From contig JAPPNK010000005.1 in the NCBI GenBank assembly GCA_028818695.1, forward strand, positions 6,927-70,926: a stretch of 64,000 nt of DNA. Reading direction: 5' to 3'. Under the pieces are notes generated by a model. It worked only from the letters and a program-made list of their open reading frames with translations. It was not told the DNA's origin and searched no databases. Every line of letters begins with the position of its first letter. Within the stretch, counting starts at the first letter, position 1. A program made the position numbers and the translations under genes. The stretch comes from Candidatus Poribacteria bacterium (GTDB taxonomy: Bacteria > Poribacteria > WGA-4E > GCA-2687025). This document shows, in pieces, positions 39,930 through 49,994 of the stretch.

Positions 39930-40199
39930 ATGAAACTTGCCCTCCGGCTATGCGCTGTCGCTGTCGCGCTGCTTGCGCTGGGAGAGCTCTCAGCTCTTCT
40001 CGCCTGCCCAATGTGCAAAGAAGCGGTGGATCAATCCTTCGGACAGGAGACGGCCTCGATGCGCAACGGCCTCGGCAGCGGCTTTGCGTTCAGCATCTAC
40101 CTGATGCTCTCCGTTCCGTATCTTCTGATTGGCGGCTTCGCATTTGCGATCTGGAGAAATATCCGCCGCAGCGACTCGTCCGAAAAGACGGACGCCTAA
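39930..40199 (+). CDS. Small secreted/membrane protein with CPMC motif
   Basis: 89 aa; signal peptide, CPMCKEA motif, C-terminal transmembrane helix; sits in the oxidase cluster. Confidence 0.5.
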   Translation: MKLALRLCAVAVALLALGELSALLACPMCKEAVDQSFGQETASMRNGLGSGFAFSIYLMLSVPYLLIGGFAFAIWRNIRRSDSSEKTDA

Positions 40200-40211
40200 C
40201 GGAGCGGCGCC

Positions 40212-41153
40212 TTGACGCAAAAACCTCCCGCCATCGAAGTCGAAGAGCTGTCGTTTCAGTATGACGACCGGCCTGCGCTGCGCGGGGTCGCCTTCTCGGC
40301 GGAGCAGGGCGCCATGTTCGGCATCGTCGGACCGAACGGAAGCGGCAAATCGACCCTGCTGCGAATCCTTGCGACGCTCCTGCGTCCATCCAACGGAACG
40401 GCGCGCGTCTTCGGCATAGACGCGCAGAGCCGCCCGCGCGCCGTCCGTAAAACGATGGGCGTCGTCTTCCAAGGCTCCTCTTTAGACGACAAGCTGACTG
40501 TGCGCGAAAACATGCAATTCCGCGGGAGGCTTTACGGCATGCGCGGATCGAAGCTCGCGTCCAAAATAGACGCCAGCCTTGAAAGCGGCGGACTCATGGA
40601 GCGCGCCGACGACCGCGTCGAAACGCTGTCGGGGGGAATGCGCCGCCGCGTGGAGCTGTCGGCTGCGCTGCTGCATGAGCCGCCCCTGCTGCTGTTAGAC
40701 GAACCGACAACGGGGCTTGACCCGTCGGCGCGGCATGCGTTCTGGGAAGAAACGGCGCGTCAAAAAAAGGACAGGGAATTGACCGTCATCCTCACAACGC
40801 ATCTCATGGACGAAGCGGAACGGTGCGACTCTCTTGCCCTGTTTCATTTAGGGGAGCTGATTGCGCTTGAATCGCCTGACGAAATGAAGCGGAAGATGGG
40901 CTGCGACGTCGTCTCTATGCGCGCCGCAAACGCCTCCGCTCTCGCCGAGGAGCTGTCCGCGCGATTTGGCATGCGCTGTTTCTGCAGCGGAAACGAGGCG
41001 CGGTTCAACGCGCCCAACGGACGCGAATGGGTCGGAAGACTGCTGGAAATGTTTGGCGAACGCATCGACTCGGTCGCCGTCAGCAAGCCGTCCATTGAGG
41101 ATGTGTTTCTGGCGCGGACAGACTACGCGGCGCAGCCCGAGGATGCGGCTTAA
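40212..41153 (+). CDS. ABC transporter ATP-binding protein (ABC-2 subfamily)
   Basis: Walker A GPNGSGKST, signature LSGGMRRR, Walker B LLLLDEPTTGLD. Confidence 0.9.
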   Translation: MTQKPPAIEVEELSFQYDDRPALRGVAFSAEQGAMFGIVGPNGSGKSTLLRILATLLRPSNGTARVFGIDAQSRPRAVRKTMGVVFQGSSLDDKLTVRENMQFRGRLYGMRGSKLASKIDASLESGGLMERADDRVETLSGGMRRRVELSAALLHEPPLLLLDEPTTGLDPSARHAFWEETARQKKDRELTVILTTHLMDEAERCDSLALFHLGELIALESPDEMKRKMGCDVVSMRAANASALAEELSARFGMRCFCSGNEARFNAPNGREWVGRLLEMFGERIDSVAVSKPSIEDVFLARTDYAAQPEDAA

Positions 41154-41917
41154 TGGGCGTTTGGCCAATCTGGCGCCGAGACTTCATCCGTTTTTACCGG
41201 CAGCCGAACCGCGTCGGGGGGGCGTTGGGCGCTCCGCTGCTGCTCTGGCTCTTTATTGGGGCAGGTTTTGGAGACGCCTTTTCGCCGCCTGCGGACATTG
41301 AGATGGGGTATCTGGAGTATTTTTTCCCAGGCTTCATTGCGCTTGTCGTTCTCTTCACCTCCATCTTCTCGGCGATGTCGATCATAGAGGACAGGCGCGA
41401 AGGTTTTTTACAGAGCGTCCTGGCGGCTCCCGTTTCGCGCGCCGCCATCGTGACAGGCAAGGCGTTGAGCGCATCGAGTCAGGCGCTGGCGCAGAGCCTC
41501 ATCGCGCTCATTCCCGCGTTTTTCTTTTTAGACGATTTCAGCGCCGCAAAGGCGGGCTACATCTTGGCGGCGCTGGCGGCTCTCTCCTTCGGACTCAGCG
41601 CGTTTGGACTCGCGATGGCGTGGCGAATGGATTCAACGCAGGCGTATCACAGCGTCATGAACCTGATCCTCATGCCGATGTGGCTGCTGTCGGGGGCGAT
41701 GTTTCCGCTGACGACAGCGCCTGAGTGGATGAGCTGGCTGATGCGTTTCAACCCGCTTTTTTATGCAGTCGCGGCGTTGCGTTCCAGTTTTTACGGCGTT
41801 GAAGAAGCGGAAGCTTTAACAGGCGTCTCAACCGTATGGGCGGCGGGAGTCGCGATCGCTTTTGGGCTTGTCGGTTTTGCCGCGGCGGTCTGGGCGGCTC
41901 AGCGACCCGAAGCATGA
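41153..41917 (+). CDS. ABC-2 type transporter permease
   Basis: 254 aa, 6 transmembrane segments; start overlaps the ATPase stop. Confidence 0.8.
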   Translation: MGVWPIWRRDFIRFYRQPNRVGGALGAPLLLWLFIGAGFGDAFSPPADIEMGYLEYFFPGFIALVVLFTSIFSAMSIIEDRREGFLQSVLAAPVSRAAIVTGKALSASSQALAQSLIALIPAFFFLDDFSAAKAGYILAALAALSFGLSAFGLAMAWRMDSTQAYHSVMNLILMPMWLLSGAMFPLTTAPEWMSWLMRFNPLFYAVAALRSSFYGVEEAEALTGVSTVWAAGVAIAFGLVGFAAAVWAAQRPEA

Positions 41918-42317
41918 ATGAGGAATTTGACGAGGCAGACAGGCGTCAACGGGAACGCAAGCGGTAGATCGGCGCAGCGCGTTTTTTTTATAAAAAGATA
42001 GACGCGAACCGCGTTTGACGCTATAGTTAAATCAAATGCCGCCTATATCGGGCTGCAAAGTTCCTGCAAACAGCGCACGCGGCGTCAAAACGGGTTGCGA
42101 CTCAAGGCTCCGCCGCTTCCCAGGACATCACGGCGCCCGACTGCTCAACTTTTTGAGCGGCGGCACCTCCTTATTTTTCCTTTTGTTCCGGGGGGTCTGT
42201 GTCTCTAAGATCCCTCGGTTCTTTTTATACGCCTAACTGCTGCCCTTGACCGACAGCCGCCCGCCCGTTAGACTAACTGCAGCGCGTCAAGCGTTCACTT
42301 CAACATAAACGGATGCA

Positions 42318-43175
42318 ATGCATATGGGTTTCAAAGTCGGCATCGCTCAAATCGCGCCGGCGCTGGGCGATGTCCATGAAAATATGAAGCGGATTGAGCG
42401 CTGCATCGAACGCGCCCTTGACGAAAAAACGGACCTTGTCGTCTTTCCTGAGCTGGCGCTCACGGGATATACCCTGAAAGACATGGTTCCCTCCGTCAGC
42501 CTGCGTCTCGATTCGCCTGAACTGAAACGGCTTATGGACGCAAGCGAGCGGCTCTCCATCGCGGTCGGTTTTGTCGAAGAATCGCCCGACTATCGATTTT
42601 TCAACTCGGCGGCGTATCTTGAAAAGGGAAAGATTTTACATGTCCACCGAAAGGTGTATCTGCCCAACTACGGCATGTTTGAAGAGAACAGGGACTTCGC
42701 CGCCGGAAGTCGATTCCGCGCCTTCAACGCCGAATTTGGACGGTGCGGCATTCTCATCTGCGAAGACATGTGGCACCCCTCCGCCGCTTACGTTATCGCG
42801 CAGGACGGCTGCGAGCTGCTCATTGCGCTCTCATGCAGCCCCGCCCGCGGCGCCCAGTCGGACGGCGACCTGTACAGCGCGGACGCTTGGCAGACGCTCA
42901 ACCGCGTGTATGCGCATCTCTACTCGCAGTATGTTCTGTATGCCAACCGCGTCGGATATGAGGACGGGGTCGGGTATTGGGGCGGATCTGAAGCGATTGG
43001 GCCGGACGGTTCCGTCGTCGCGCGCGCGAAGCAGTTTGAAGAGCAGTTTTTGACCGCCGAGCTGTCGTCCGACGCCGTCCGCCGAGCCAGGATCGCCTCT
43101 CCGCTTCTGCGCGACGAGCGGCTGGACATCACCCTGCGCGAATTGAAACGCATCGACCGGAAGAGGGAAAAATGA
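42318..43175 (+). CDS. Carbon-nitrogen hydrolase (nitrilase superfamily); glutaminase partner of NAD synthetase
   Basis: E-K-C triad context (VFPELALTGY...; ILICEDMWHP); 4-nt overlap with nadE. Confidence 0.85.
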   Translation: MHMGFKVGIAQIAPALGDVHENMKRIERCIERALDEKTDLVVFPELALTGYTLKDMVPSVSLRLDSPELKRLMDASERLSIAVGFVEESPDYRFFNSAAYLEKGKILHVHRKVYLPNYGMFEENRDFAAGSRFRAFNAEFGRCGILICEDMWHPSAAYVIAQDGCELLIALSCSPARGAQSDGDLYSADAWQTLNRVYAHLYSQYVLYANRVGYEDGVGYWGGSEAIGPDGSVVARAKQFEEQFLTAELSSDAVRRARIASPLLRDERLDITLRELKRIDRKREK

Positions 43176-44029
43176 ATGCGCACACGGAAGCGGCGCTTCG
43201 AAAGCAAGACGATCCTCTCTGGGTCAACCCTGAGATTGTGCTGCCTCTCTTGGAAGGTTTTATTCGGGACGAGATCACAAAGGTCGGCATCTCGAACGTC
43301 GTTCTGAACCTGTCCGGCGGGATCGACTCGGCAGTTTCGTGCGTCTTGGCGGCGCGGGCGATGCCGCCGGAAAATGTCACGGCGCTGATGCTTCCCTACA
43401 AAACAAGCCATCCAGACAGCCTCGGCGACGCGCAGACTCTCGCGCGGCAGCTCGGCATCCGCTCCATGACCATCTCCGTGACGGAGCAGGTGGACCCGTA
43501 TTTTGAGAAGTTTCCCGACATGACGCCGCTGCGCAAAGCGAATAAGATGGCGCGCGAACGCATGACGATCCTATACGATCAAGCGAGCGCGCTGGACGCC
43601 CTGCCTCTCGGCACAAGCAACAAGACGGAACTGCTGCTCGGATACGGCACAATCTACGGCGACATGGCGTCGGCGCTGAACCCGATCGGCGACCTTTACA
43701 AAACGCAGGTTTGGCAGATCGCGCGGCATCTTGGCGTCCCGGAGGAGATCGTTTCTAAAAAGCCGACCGCCGACCTGTGGCCCGGCCAGACGGACGAATC
43801 GGAGCTCGGTTTCACCTATGAAAAGGCGGACAGGCTCCTTTACCATATGATCGACCGGCGCCGCTCCCGCGCGGAGCTGGAGCGGCTTGGGTTTGAGCCG
43901 GCGTTCATTCAGGAGCTGGAGAATCGAGTGAAGCGGTCGCAGTTCAAGCGGCGGCTGCCTCTCATTGCGAAGGTGTCGATGCGCACCATCGAGTCGGATT
44001 TTCGTTATCCGCGCGATTGGGGCAGATGA
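43172..44029 (+). CDS. nadE: NAD+ synthetase (NadE, PP-loop ATP pyrophosphatase)
   Basis: SGGIDS PP-loop motif; NadE-like N-terminus. Confidence 0.9.
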   Translation: MNAHTEAALRKQDDPLWVNPEIVLPLLEGFIRDEITKVGISNVVLNLSGGIDSAVSCVLAARAMPPENVTALMLPYKTSHPDSLGDAQTLARQLGIRSMTISVTEQVDPYFEKFPDMTPLRKANKMARERMTILYDQASALDALPLGTSNKTELLLGYGTIYGDMASALNPIGDLYKTQVWQIARHLGVPEEIVSKKPTADLWPGQTDESELGFTYEKADRLLYHMIDRRRSRAELERLGFEPAFIQELENRVKRSQFKRRLPLIAKVSMRTIESDFRYPRDWGR

Positions 44030-44740
44030 TTGGCGCGGCGCGAGACCGCGGGAGAGCTGTATGTGGTGGCGGGTCCGATTGGGCATCTGGAGGACATCAC
44101 ATACCGCGCCGTGCGGACGCTCGCCGAGGCGGACATTGTCGCCGCCGAGGATACCCGCCGCGCCCGGAAGCTGTTGAGCCGATACGAGATTGAAACTCGG
44201 CTCATCAGTTGCCATGAACATAATGAGCGGAAGCGGATTGCTGAAATAACGCGGCTCATCCTGGACGGAGCGGACGCGGCGCTCCTCTCGGACGCCGGGA
44301 CGCCTGTCATTTCGGATCCAGGGTACCGGTTAATTCGCGCCGCCGTTGAACGCGGCATACAGGTAACGCCGATACCGGGTCCGTGCGCCGCGGTCGCCGC
44401 AGCCTCCGCGGCAGGTTTGCCCGTCTCCGACTTCTACTTCGCCGGCTTCTGCTCCCCGAAGCAGGGCAGGCGGCAACGGCGGCTGCGCGAACTGGCAGAC
44501 CTGAACGCCGTTCTCATTTTTTATGAATCGCCCCATCGCCTGATGAAGTTTTTGAACGACGCGCTTGATATCTTTGGAAATCGAAACGCGGTCATCGCGC
44601 GGGAAATGACGAAAATGCATGAAGAGTTTCTTAGGGGAACGCTTGACGAGCTGCGCGCCGCCTTCCAAAACAGAACCCCCAAAGGCGAATTCACCATACT
44701 GATTGAGGGAAATCATGAACGCAACGCAACGTCCGACTAG
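44030..44740 (+). CDS. rsmI: 16S rRNA (cytidine1402-2'-O)-methyltransferase
   Basis: LYVVAGPIGHLEDITYRA...AEDTR tetrapyrrole-methylase-like RsmI motifs; TTG start (uncertain). Confidence 0.85.
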   Translation: MARRETAGELYVVAGPIGHLEDITYRAVRTLAEADIVAAEDTRRARKLLSRYEIETRLISCHEHNERKRIAEITRLILDGADAALLSDAGTPVISDPGYRLIRAAVERGIQVTPIPGPCAAVAAASAAGLPVSDFYFAGFCSPKQGRRQRRLRELADLNAVLIFYESPHRLMKFLNDALDIFGNRNAVIAREMTKMHEEFLRGTLDELRAAFQNRTPKGEFTILIEGNHERNATSD

Positions 44741-46220
44741 AAAGCGCAAATCCCGCAAATCGCGAATTATCTGGATCGTCGTTACCGCCGCGGTTCTTGC
44801 GCTGGCGATTTGGCTCGCGAATGGGCCGTTCAAAATGCCGGACGCTCCTGACGCGCGGGAACTCATGCCGGGAAAGCCGTATCTTGTGGTTGAATTGAGA
44901 GACGCGGCGGAGTCGATCGAGCCGGTTCAACAGGCCGCCGAGGCGGCGCGGAGCCTCTGGCAGCCGTTCATCAACCGGTATATCGCCCAGGAGGCGCAGA
45001 AGGAGATTTCCGCCAAGGACATCGCGGCGCTGTTGGGCGAGGACGCGGCGCTGGCGCTGTATAGAGGCGAGAACGGCGAGACGCGCTGGCTGCTCGTCGC
45101 CAAGACAAGCCTGCTCGCCCGCGCGCAGATCGGCTGGAACTTCATGACGCCGTGGTGGAGAAGCGAACACGGCGCCAAAAAAGAGAAGATCGGATCCATC
45201 AACGCGATGCGCATCGACAAGCTGGTTCTGCCCTTGATTGCGGCGTTTGACGGGCGCCTCGGCTTCGCCGCTTCAGACGCCGAACTGCTGAAAGACGCTT
45301 ATGAGCAGCGTTTGGAGAACGCTTTTTTCGCTCGCGGCGACACGCCGGAAGAGAGCGGCCTGACAGAGCGAATCCGTCAAAAGTCGCCTGACCGATCCGC
45401 CTCCATCTACTGGGCTTTTGGAGAAGAGGCGTATGTTTTAGGAGAGACCGGCATGGACGGAGGGAGCTGGAAGGGGCGCGTCTGGTACTCAAGCCCAGGC
45501 GGACAGACCGGCTTGACCGAGTCGGACACTTCCGACTTCCGCCGCAGGGCGAACCGGCTCATGAACGAAAGCGCGGCGCTGGCGGCATGGCATACGGGAG
45601 TTTACGACCGGGACGCGATGGAGGCGGCGCGCGGCGCAGGGCTGACATGGGAGGGCGGACCGGACGCGCTCATTCAACGGCCGATCGGCCTCTATATCCC
45701 AAAAGCAGCGGGCGGCGGAATTCTGCCGTCGCTGGCGTTTTTTGTGTATGTCGAGAACGCGGAGGAAGCCTTGGAGCAGTTTGAAGACGCCAACTTCGCC
45801 TTTAACGGCTCGCGCTTGAGGCTGCGCAAAGGCGATCCGTTTCATCAAATACAGGTTCCGCTCAACGCTCTGTTTGCGGTCTCGCTTGAATGCGCCGTTG
45901 AGGGGGACGCGCTCATTGTCGGGACGAACCGCGCGGCTGCAGCCGCCGCTCGTCAGGCGTTCCAATCGACCGAAGGGGGAGAAGATTTGACCGCCGACCT
46001 GTTCCGCATTCATGGGCAGCCGACCGAAATTGCCGCCTCGCTCGACGCGGCCTCCAGCATGTTGAAGGCGCTCCCCATGCTCGCCGGCGACTCGATAGGG
46101 AAGACCGTCGACACTGCGCAGATCGTCATGAAAGAGATCGAGAGCGTTCAGATAGACGGCGTCTCGACCCCGGACGGCTTTTCAGCCGAATTTCAAATGA
46201 AATGGAGCGATGCAGAATGA
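44715..46220 (+). CDS. N-terminally anchored periplasmic protein (hypothetical; DUF3352-like)
   Basis: Basic N-terminus, single transmembrane helix (IIWIVVTAAVLALAIWLA), large soluble domain; ATGA-coupled to the downstream ABC ATPase; alternative TTG start at 44703. Confidence 0.6.
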   Translation: MNATQRPTRKRKSRKSRIIWIVVTAAVLALAIWLANGPFKMPDAPDARELMPGKPYLVVELRDAAESIEPVQQAAEAARSLWQPFINRYIAQEAQKEISAKDIAALLGEDAALALYRGENGETRWLLVAKTSLLARAQIGWNFMTPWWRSEHGAKKEKIGSINAMRIDKLVLPLIAAFDGRLGFAASDAELLKDAYEQRLENAFFARGDTPEESGLTERIRQKSPDRSASIYWAFGEEAYVLGETGMDGGSWKGRVWYSSPGGQTGLTESDTSDFRRRANRLMNESAALAAWHTGVYDRDAMEAARGAGLTWEGGPDALIQRPIGLYIPKAAGGGILPSLAFFVYVENAEEALEQFEDANFAFNGSRLRLRKGDPFHQIQVPLNALFAVSLECAVEGDALIVGTNRAAAAAARQAFQSTEGGEDLTADLFRIHGQPTEIAASLDAASSMLKALPMLAGDSIGKTVDTAQIVMKEIESVQIDGVSTPDGFSAEFQMKWSDAE

Positions 46221-46966
46221 TCGAAGCGCGGAGCCTCGGCAAAACATTCGGCGAGAAGGAAGCGGTGCGCAACCTGAACTTAGATGTGGGCGAAGGCGAA
46301 ATGTTTGTCCTGCTCGGCCCGAACGGCGCCGGCAAAACGACAACGCTGAAACTGCTCACAACGCTTCTCAAGCCGACTTACGGGCATGCGTCGGTGGCGG
46401 GGTTCGACGTCTTCGAATCGCCCGATGAAGTGAAGCGGCGCATCGGGTATGTCCCCGACACGCCCGCCCTTTATGAGCGTCTCACGGGGCGCGAGTTTCT
46501 CCACTTCATCGCCGATATACGCGGAACGAAGGAGCGCGCCTCCATCGACCGCTCCTTGACGCTCTTTGAGATGGACGAAAACGCGGACAAACTGATCGAA
46601 ACCTACTCGCACGGAATGAAGAAGAAGATCGCGCTCTCCGCCGCTCTGCTCCATCAGCCGCAGGTTCTGTTTTTGGACGAACCGACAGGCGGGCTGGACC
46701 CGTACAGCGCGCGGCTCATGAAGGACCTGTTGACTCGGCTGTGCAGTCAGGGCGTCGCCGTCTTCATGACGACGCATATCATGGAGATTGCGGAGCAGCT
46801 GTGCGAGCGGGTCGGCATACTCTATGAGGCGGATCTGATGGCATGCGGGACGCTTGAGGAGCTGCGCGCCGAGCATGGCGATCTGTCGCTGGAGGACATC
46901 TTTATGAAGGTCACGGGGGCGGACGCGAGCTTGATGGAGGTGGATCTGTGGGAGAAGACGGAGTGA
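46217..46966 (+). CDS. ABC transporter ATP-binding protein
   Basis: GPNGAGKTT, LSGGMKKK-like (YSHGMKKKIALSAAL), FLDEPTGGLD. Confidence 0.9.
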   Translation: MIEARSLGKTFGEKEAVRNLNLDVGEGEMFVLLGPNGAGKTTTLKLLTTLLKPTYGHASVAGFDVFESPDEVKRRIGYVPDTPALYERLTGREFLHFIADIRGTKERASIDRSLTLFEMDENADKLIETYSHGMKKKIALSAALLHQPQVLFLDEPTGGLDPYSARLMKDLLTRLCSQGVAVFMTTHIMEIAEQLCERVGILYEADLMACGTLEELRAEHGDLSLEDIFMKVTGADASLMEVDLWEKTE

Positions 46967-48465
46967 ATCCAAGCGCGTACGCGGTTTGGCGCGCCCTTGT
47001 CAAATGTGATCTGCGCGCGTTGAAAAACGGTTTCTTCAAGCTCCATATCGTCGTGAAGATCGGCGTCATTTTGTACGGCGCGCTCTTCATTCTGTTTGCC
47101 GCATTTGCTGTAATAGGTCCCCAATTCGTTCGAAGCGGAGCCCCGCCCAATCCCGACAAGGTAGAGAAGGCGATGGAGATGATTGTCTTGTCATCCGCCG
47201 GCAGTTTTCTAATGGCTCTCTTCTTTTCGTTTCTTTCAGGCGGGATGGGGATGATCAGATCGACCGACATTCCGACGATTGCGTCCCTCCCTGTTCACAA
47301 AGGGGCGTTGTACTTCCATAGGGTCGCGCGCGTTTGCTTTGCCTTTCTTTTCCTTTATCTGTTTTTTGTTCCTGGCGCGCGAATGGCGGGCGTTCAGCTT
47401 CAAGCCAATCTGCTCCAAGACGCGGCATTTTATCTCGGATGGGTCGGCATACTCGCGTTTTGCGCTGGGCTGACCATCGGCGTCTCCTCGCTCCTGACGC
47501 GCTTCTTCGGCATGGACCGGAGCGATAAAGCCTTCAAAACGGTCGTGTATCTCTTCTCGGCGGGAATTATCATCGCGGTCGCCAATATGGACTTGTTCAG
47601 CGGCGCGGTCAAAAGCCGTCTCGATAGCGGCGTCAACCTATACGCCGCGCTGCCCTCTACATGGGCGGCTCTTGCGCTCAAAGATCCGTTCCCAATCTGG
47701 CAGATTGCTTCGCTGACGGCGCTCGGAGCGGTCGGCATTCTGTTTGGGTACGCCGCGTTTATCCGAACATTCGACATCGAAGAGGCGCTGGCGCTGATTG
47801 AAAAGAAGGCGGAATCGGGGAAGTTTCAAAGCGGCGCGCGCCGATACGGCTCCCTTTCGGCTCACATTAGAAGGGATTTGAAACTTCTTCTTCGCAACCG
47901 AAAGTTGATTGCTGGGACTGTTTTTTCGTTAGGCGCCTGCGCGGTGTGGATCTCTTACTCGTACCTTGAACACATCCATAAAAACGGCGTGGTCATGAAC
48001 AGTTTTGGAATCTTCGCTGGGTTCGTTCTTTTGACGTCGCTGCCGGCGATGGAAGGCAGAGGCGTTCTTTCCGTTCGTATGGCGGCTCCAAATATGACAG
48101 CGTACGCCGCTGCGAAGGCGTTGGAGATCTCGACGCTCATCTTCGTTTACACGCTCGTCGCGCTCGGTTTGAAAACAAAGGCGATTCCGATTGGCATGGA
48201 TATTCTGACCGGCGCTCTGATTGGCGTCGGCTACGGCTGTTTTATTGTCGGCGCATGGTGCGCGTTTCCGCGTTTCAACGAAAAGAAGCCTATTGGGCTT
48301 CCCTCCATCCTTTGCTTTGCGTTGTATTCCCTGGCGGCCGCCTTCGTCTTCGGCTTGTCTCCAGAATCGGCGCATGTATGGATCGCCGCTGTCGTCTGCG
48401 TCTCAGGCGCCTTCGTTGCGAACCAAGGGCGCAAGCGGCTTGAAAGCATGGACGCCGTATGGTGA
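46948..48465 (+). CDS. Polytopic membrane protein, putative ABC-type permease (paralog A)
   Basis: About 505 aa, about 10-12 transmembrane segments; shares N-terminus (NPSAYAVWRALVK) and C-terminus (RKRLESMDAVW) with paralog B; alternative GTG start at 46963 overlapping the ATPase stop. Confidence 0.7.
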   Translation: MGEDGVNPSAYAVWRALVKCDLRALKNGFFKLHIVVKIGVILYGALFILFAAFAVIGPQFVRSGAPPNPDKVEKAMEMIVLSSAGSFLMALFFSFLSGGMGMIRSTDIPTIASLPVHKGALYFHRVARVCFAFLFLYLFFVPGARMAGVQLQANLLQDAAFYLGWVGILAFCAGLTIGVSSLLTRFFGMDRSDKAFKTVVYLFSAGIIIAVANMDLFSGAVKSRLDSGVNLYAALPSTWAALALKDPFPIWQIASLTALGAVGILFGYAAFIRTFDIEEALALIEKKAESGKFQSGARRYGSLSAHIRRDLKLLLRNRKLIAGTVFSLGACAVWISYSYLEHIHKNGVVMNSFGIFAGFVLLTSLPAMEGRGVLSVRMAAPNMTAYAAAKALEISTLIFVYTLVALGLKTKAIPIGMDILTGALIGVGYGCFIVGAWCAFPRFNEKKPIGLPSILCFALYSLAAAFVFGLSPESAHVWIAAVVCVSGAFVANQGRKRLESMDAVW

Positions 48466-49994
48466 ACGAACCGACCCCGCCGCCTGCTGTGAATCCAAGC
48501 GCCTATGCGGTTTGGCGCGCCCTTGTCAAATCCGAGCTGAATGCATGGAAAAATGGGTTTCTCAAGATGCATCTTGCGGTTCGCGCCGCAATCGTTCTGT
48601 TTGTCTCGATCTTGATTCTAGGCTCCGCATTCGTTGCGGTTATGACGCTGTTTCTGCCAAACCTCGTCCCCGATGAGTTGACAGACATAGAGGCGGCTTC
48701 CTCCTATTCGGCGCTCGTCTTGGGTTTCTTGTTCTATTTTACCATTATCGCCAAGTCGGGTCTCAACAACCAAGCGTCAAGCGTCAATTTGCCCATGCTT
48801 GCGCCTCTTCCGGTTCCGCTTTCGTCGCTTTATGCGTTTGAAATCGCTCTGAATTGCCTCCATTTTTCCATCCTTTTTCTGATGGGTCTGCCGTTCGCCG
48901 CCTTCACTAGCCTAGCGTTTCGAGCGAATCTGCTCCAAGCGGCGGCGTATTTTGTCGGTTGGATTTCCCTTTACCTCTTCTCCATCGGAGCGTCTATCGG
49001 CGCGGCAATTTTACTGCTCCGCTGGTTCGGCGCAGAACGCAGCAAAAAAGCGTTTAAAATCATCATTTTCCTGATGATGATTGGGTTCTGGGCAGTCATG
49101 CTCAACATAAGCGAGATCGCCGATTCGATGGCAGGCGCCGTTGAAATTGGCAAAAGACTGCTACCGGCGCTCCCCTCCACATGGACGGTCTATATCTTGA
49201 CCGATCCGCTGCTGGCGCTGGCGCTGTTCCCGGCGCTGCTCATTGTCGGGGCGGGCGGGATTCTGTTCGGATACGCCGTTTTCATCCGCACATTCGACAT
49301 GGAAGCGGAGCTGATGCGCATCGAGAAGAAGGAGGAGTCCGGCAAGCGAAAAGCCTCTTCCCGCCGGCGGGGCGTCTTCGCCTCTCTGCTGGTAAAAGAT
49401 TACAAGATCATTGTACGCAATCGTAAAATGTTGGGAGGCTGGATTTTTTCGTTAGGGATATGGGGAGTGTATCTCTCCTATTCGCTGCTAGACTCGACCA
49501 GCCCCGATACGGTTGGGACGATCGCCAATTCTTACGCGATGCCGGGCGCGTTTTTCATCGGATTGTCGCTGCCGGGCTTGGAGGGGCGGGCGGTCCTTTC
49601 CGTCCGCATGGCGATGTCAAATCTGCGGATGTACGCCGTATCGAAGGCGTCGTCCATCGTCTCCCTTCTCTTTATTTATGCGCTCATTGGACTCGCCGCC
49701 AAGCAAAAGGCGCTGCCGGCATTGCCCGACATCGCGGTCGTTGCGCTCATTGTTGTCGGTCATGGCTGTTTTTGCATCGGCATTGCATGCGTCTTTCCTC
49801 GTTTTGACATCAAAAAGCCGATCGGATGCGCCTCTGCGATCTACTTTACGCTCTTTTTTGCGGCGACAGCTGTAGCCTTCGGCTTCGCTCCCGCGGCGTC
49901 GCATGTATGGATCGCCGCCGCTGTCTGCGTCTTGGGCGTCGTTATTCTTGATTACGGACGCAGGCGGCTTGAAAGCGCAGACGCTGTATGGTGA
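48459..49994 (+). CDS. Polytopic membrane protein, putative ABC-type permease (paralog B)
   Basis: 511 aa; about 55-60% identical to paralog A at both termini; ATG inside the ATGGTGA junction. Confidence 0.7.
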   Translation: MVNEPTPPPAVNPSAYAVWRALVKSELNAWKNGFLKMHLAVRAAIVLFVSILILGSAFVAVMTLFLPNLVPDELTDIEAASSYSALVLGFLFYFTIIAKSGLNNQASSVNLPMLAPLPVPLSSLYAFEIALNCLHFSILFLMGLPFAAFTSLAFRANLLQAAAYFVGWISLYLFSIGASIGAAILLLRWFGAERSKKAFKIIIFLMMIGFWAVMLNISEIADSMAGAVEIGKRLLPALPSTWTVYILTDPLLALALFPALLIVGAGGILFGYAVFIRTFDMEAELMRIEKKEESGKRKASSRRRGVFASLLVKDYKIIVRNRKMLGGWIFSLGIWGVYLSYSLLDSTSPDTVGTIANSYAMPGAFFIGLSLPGLEGRAVLSVRMAMSNLRMYAVSKASSIVSLLFIYALIGLAAKQKALPALPDIAVVALIVVGHGCFCIGIACVFPRFDIKKPIGCASAIYFTLFFAATAVAFGFAPAASHVWIAAAVCVLGVVILDYGRRRLESADAVW

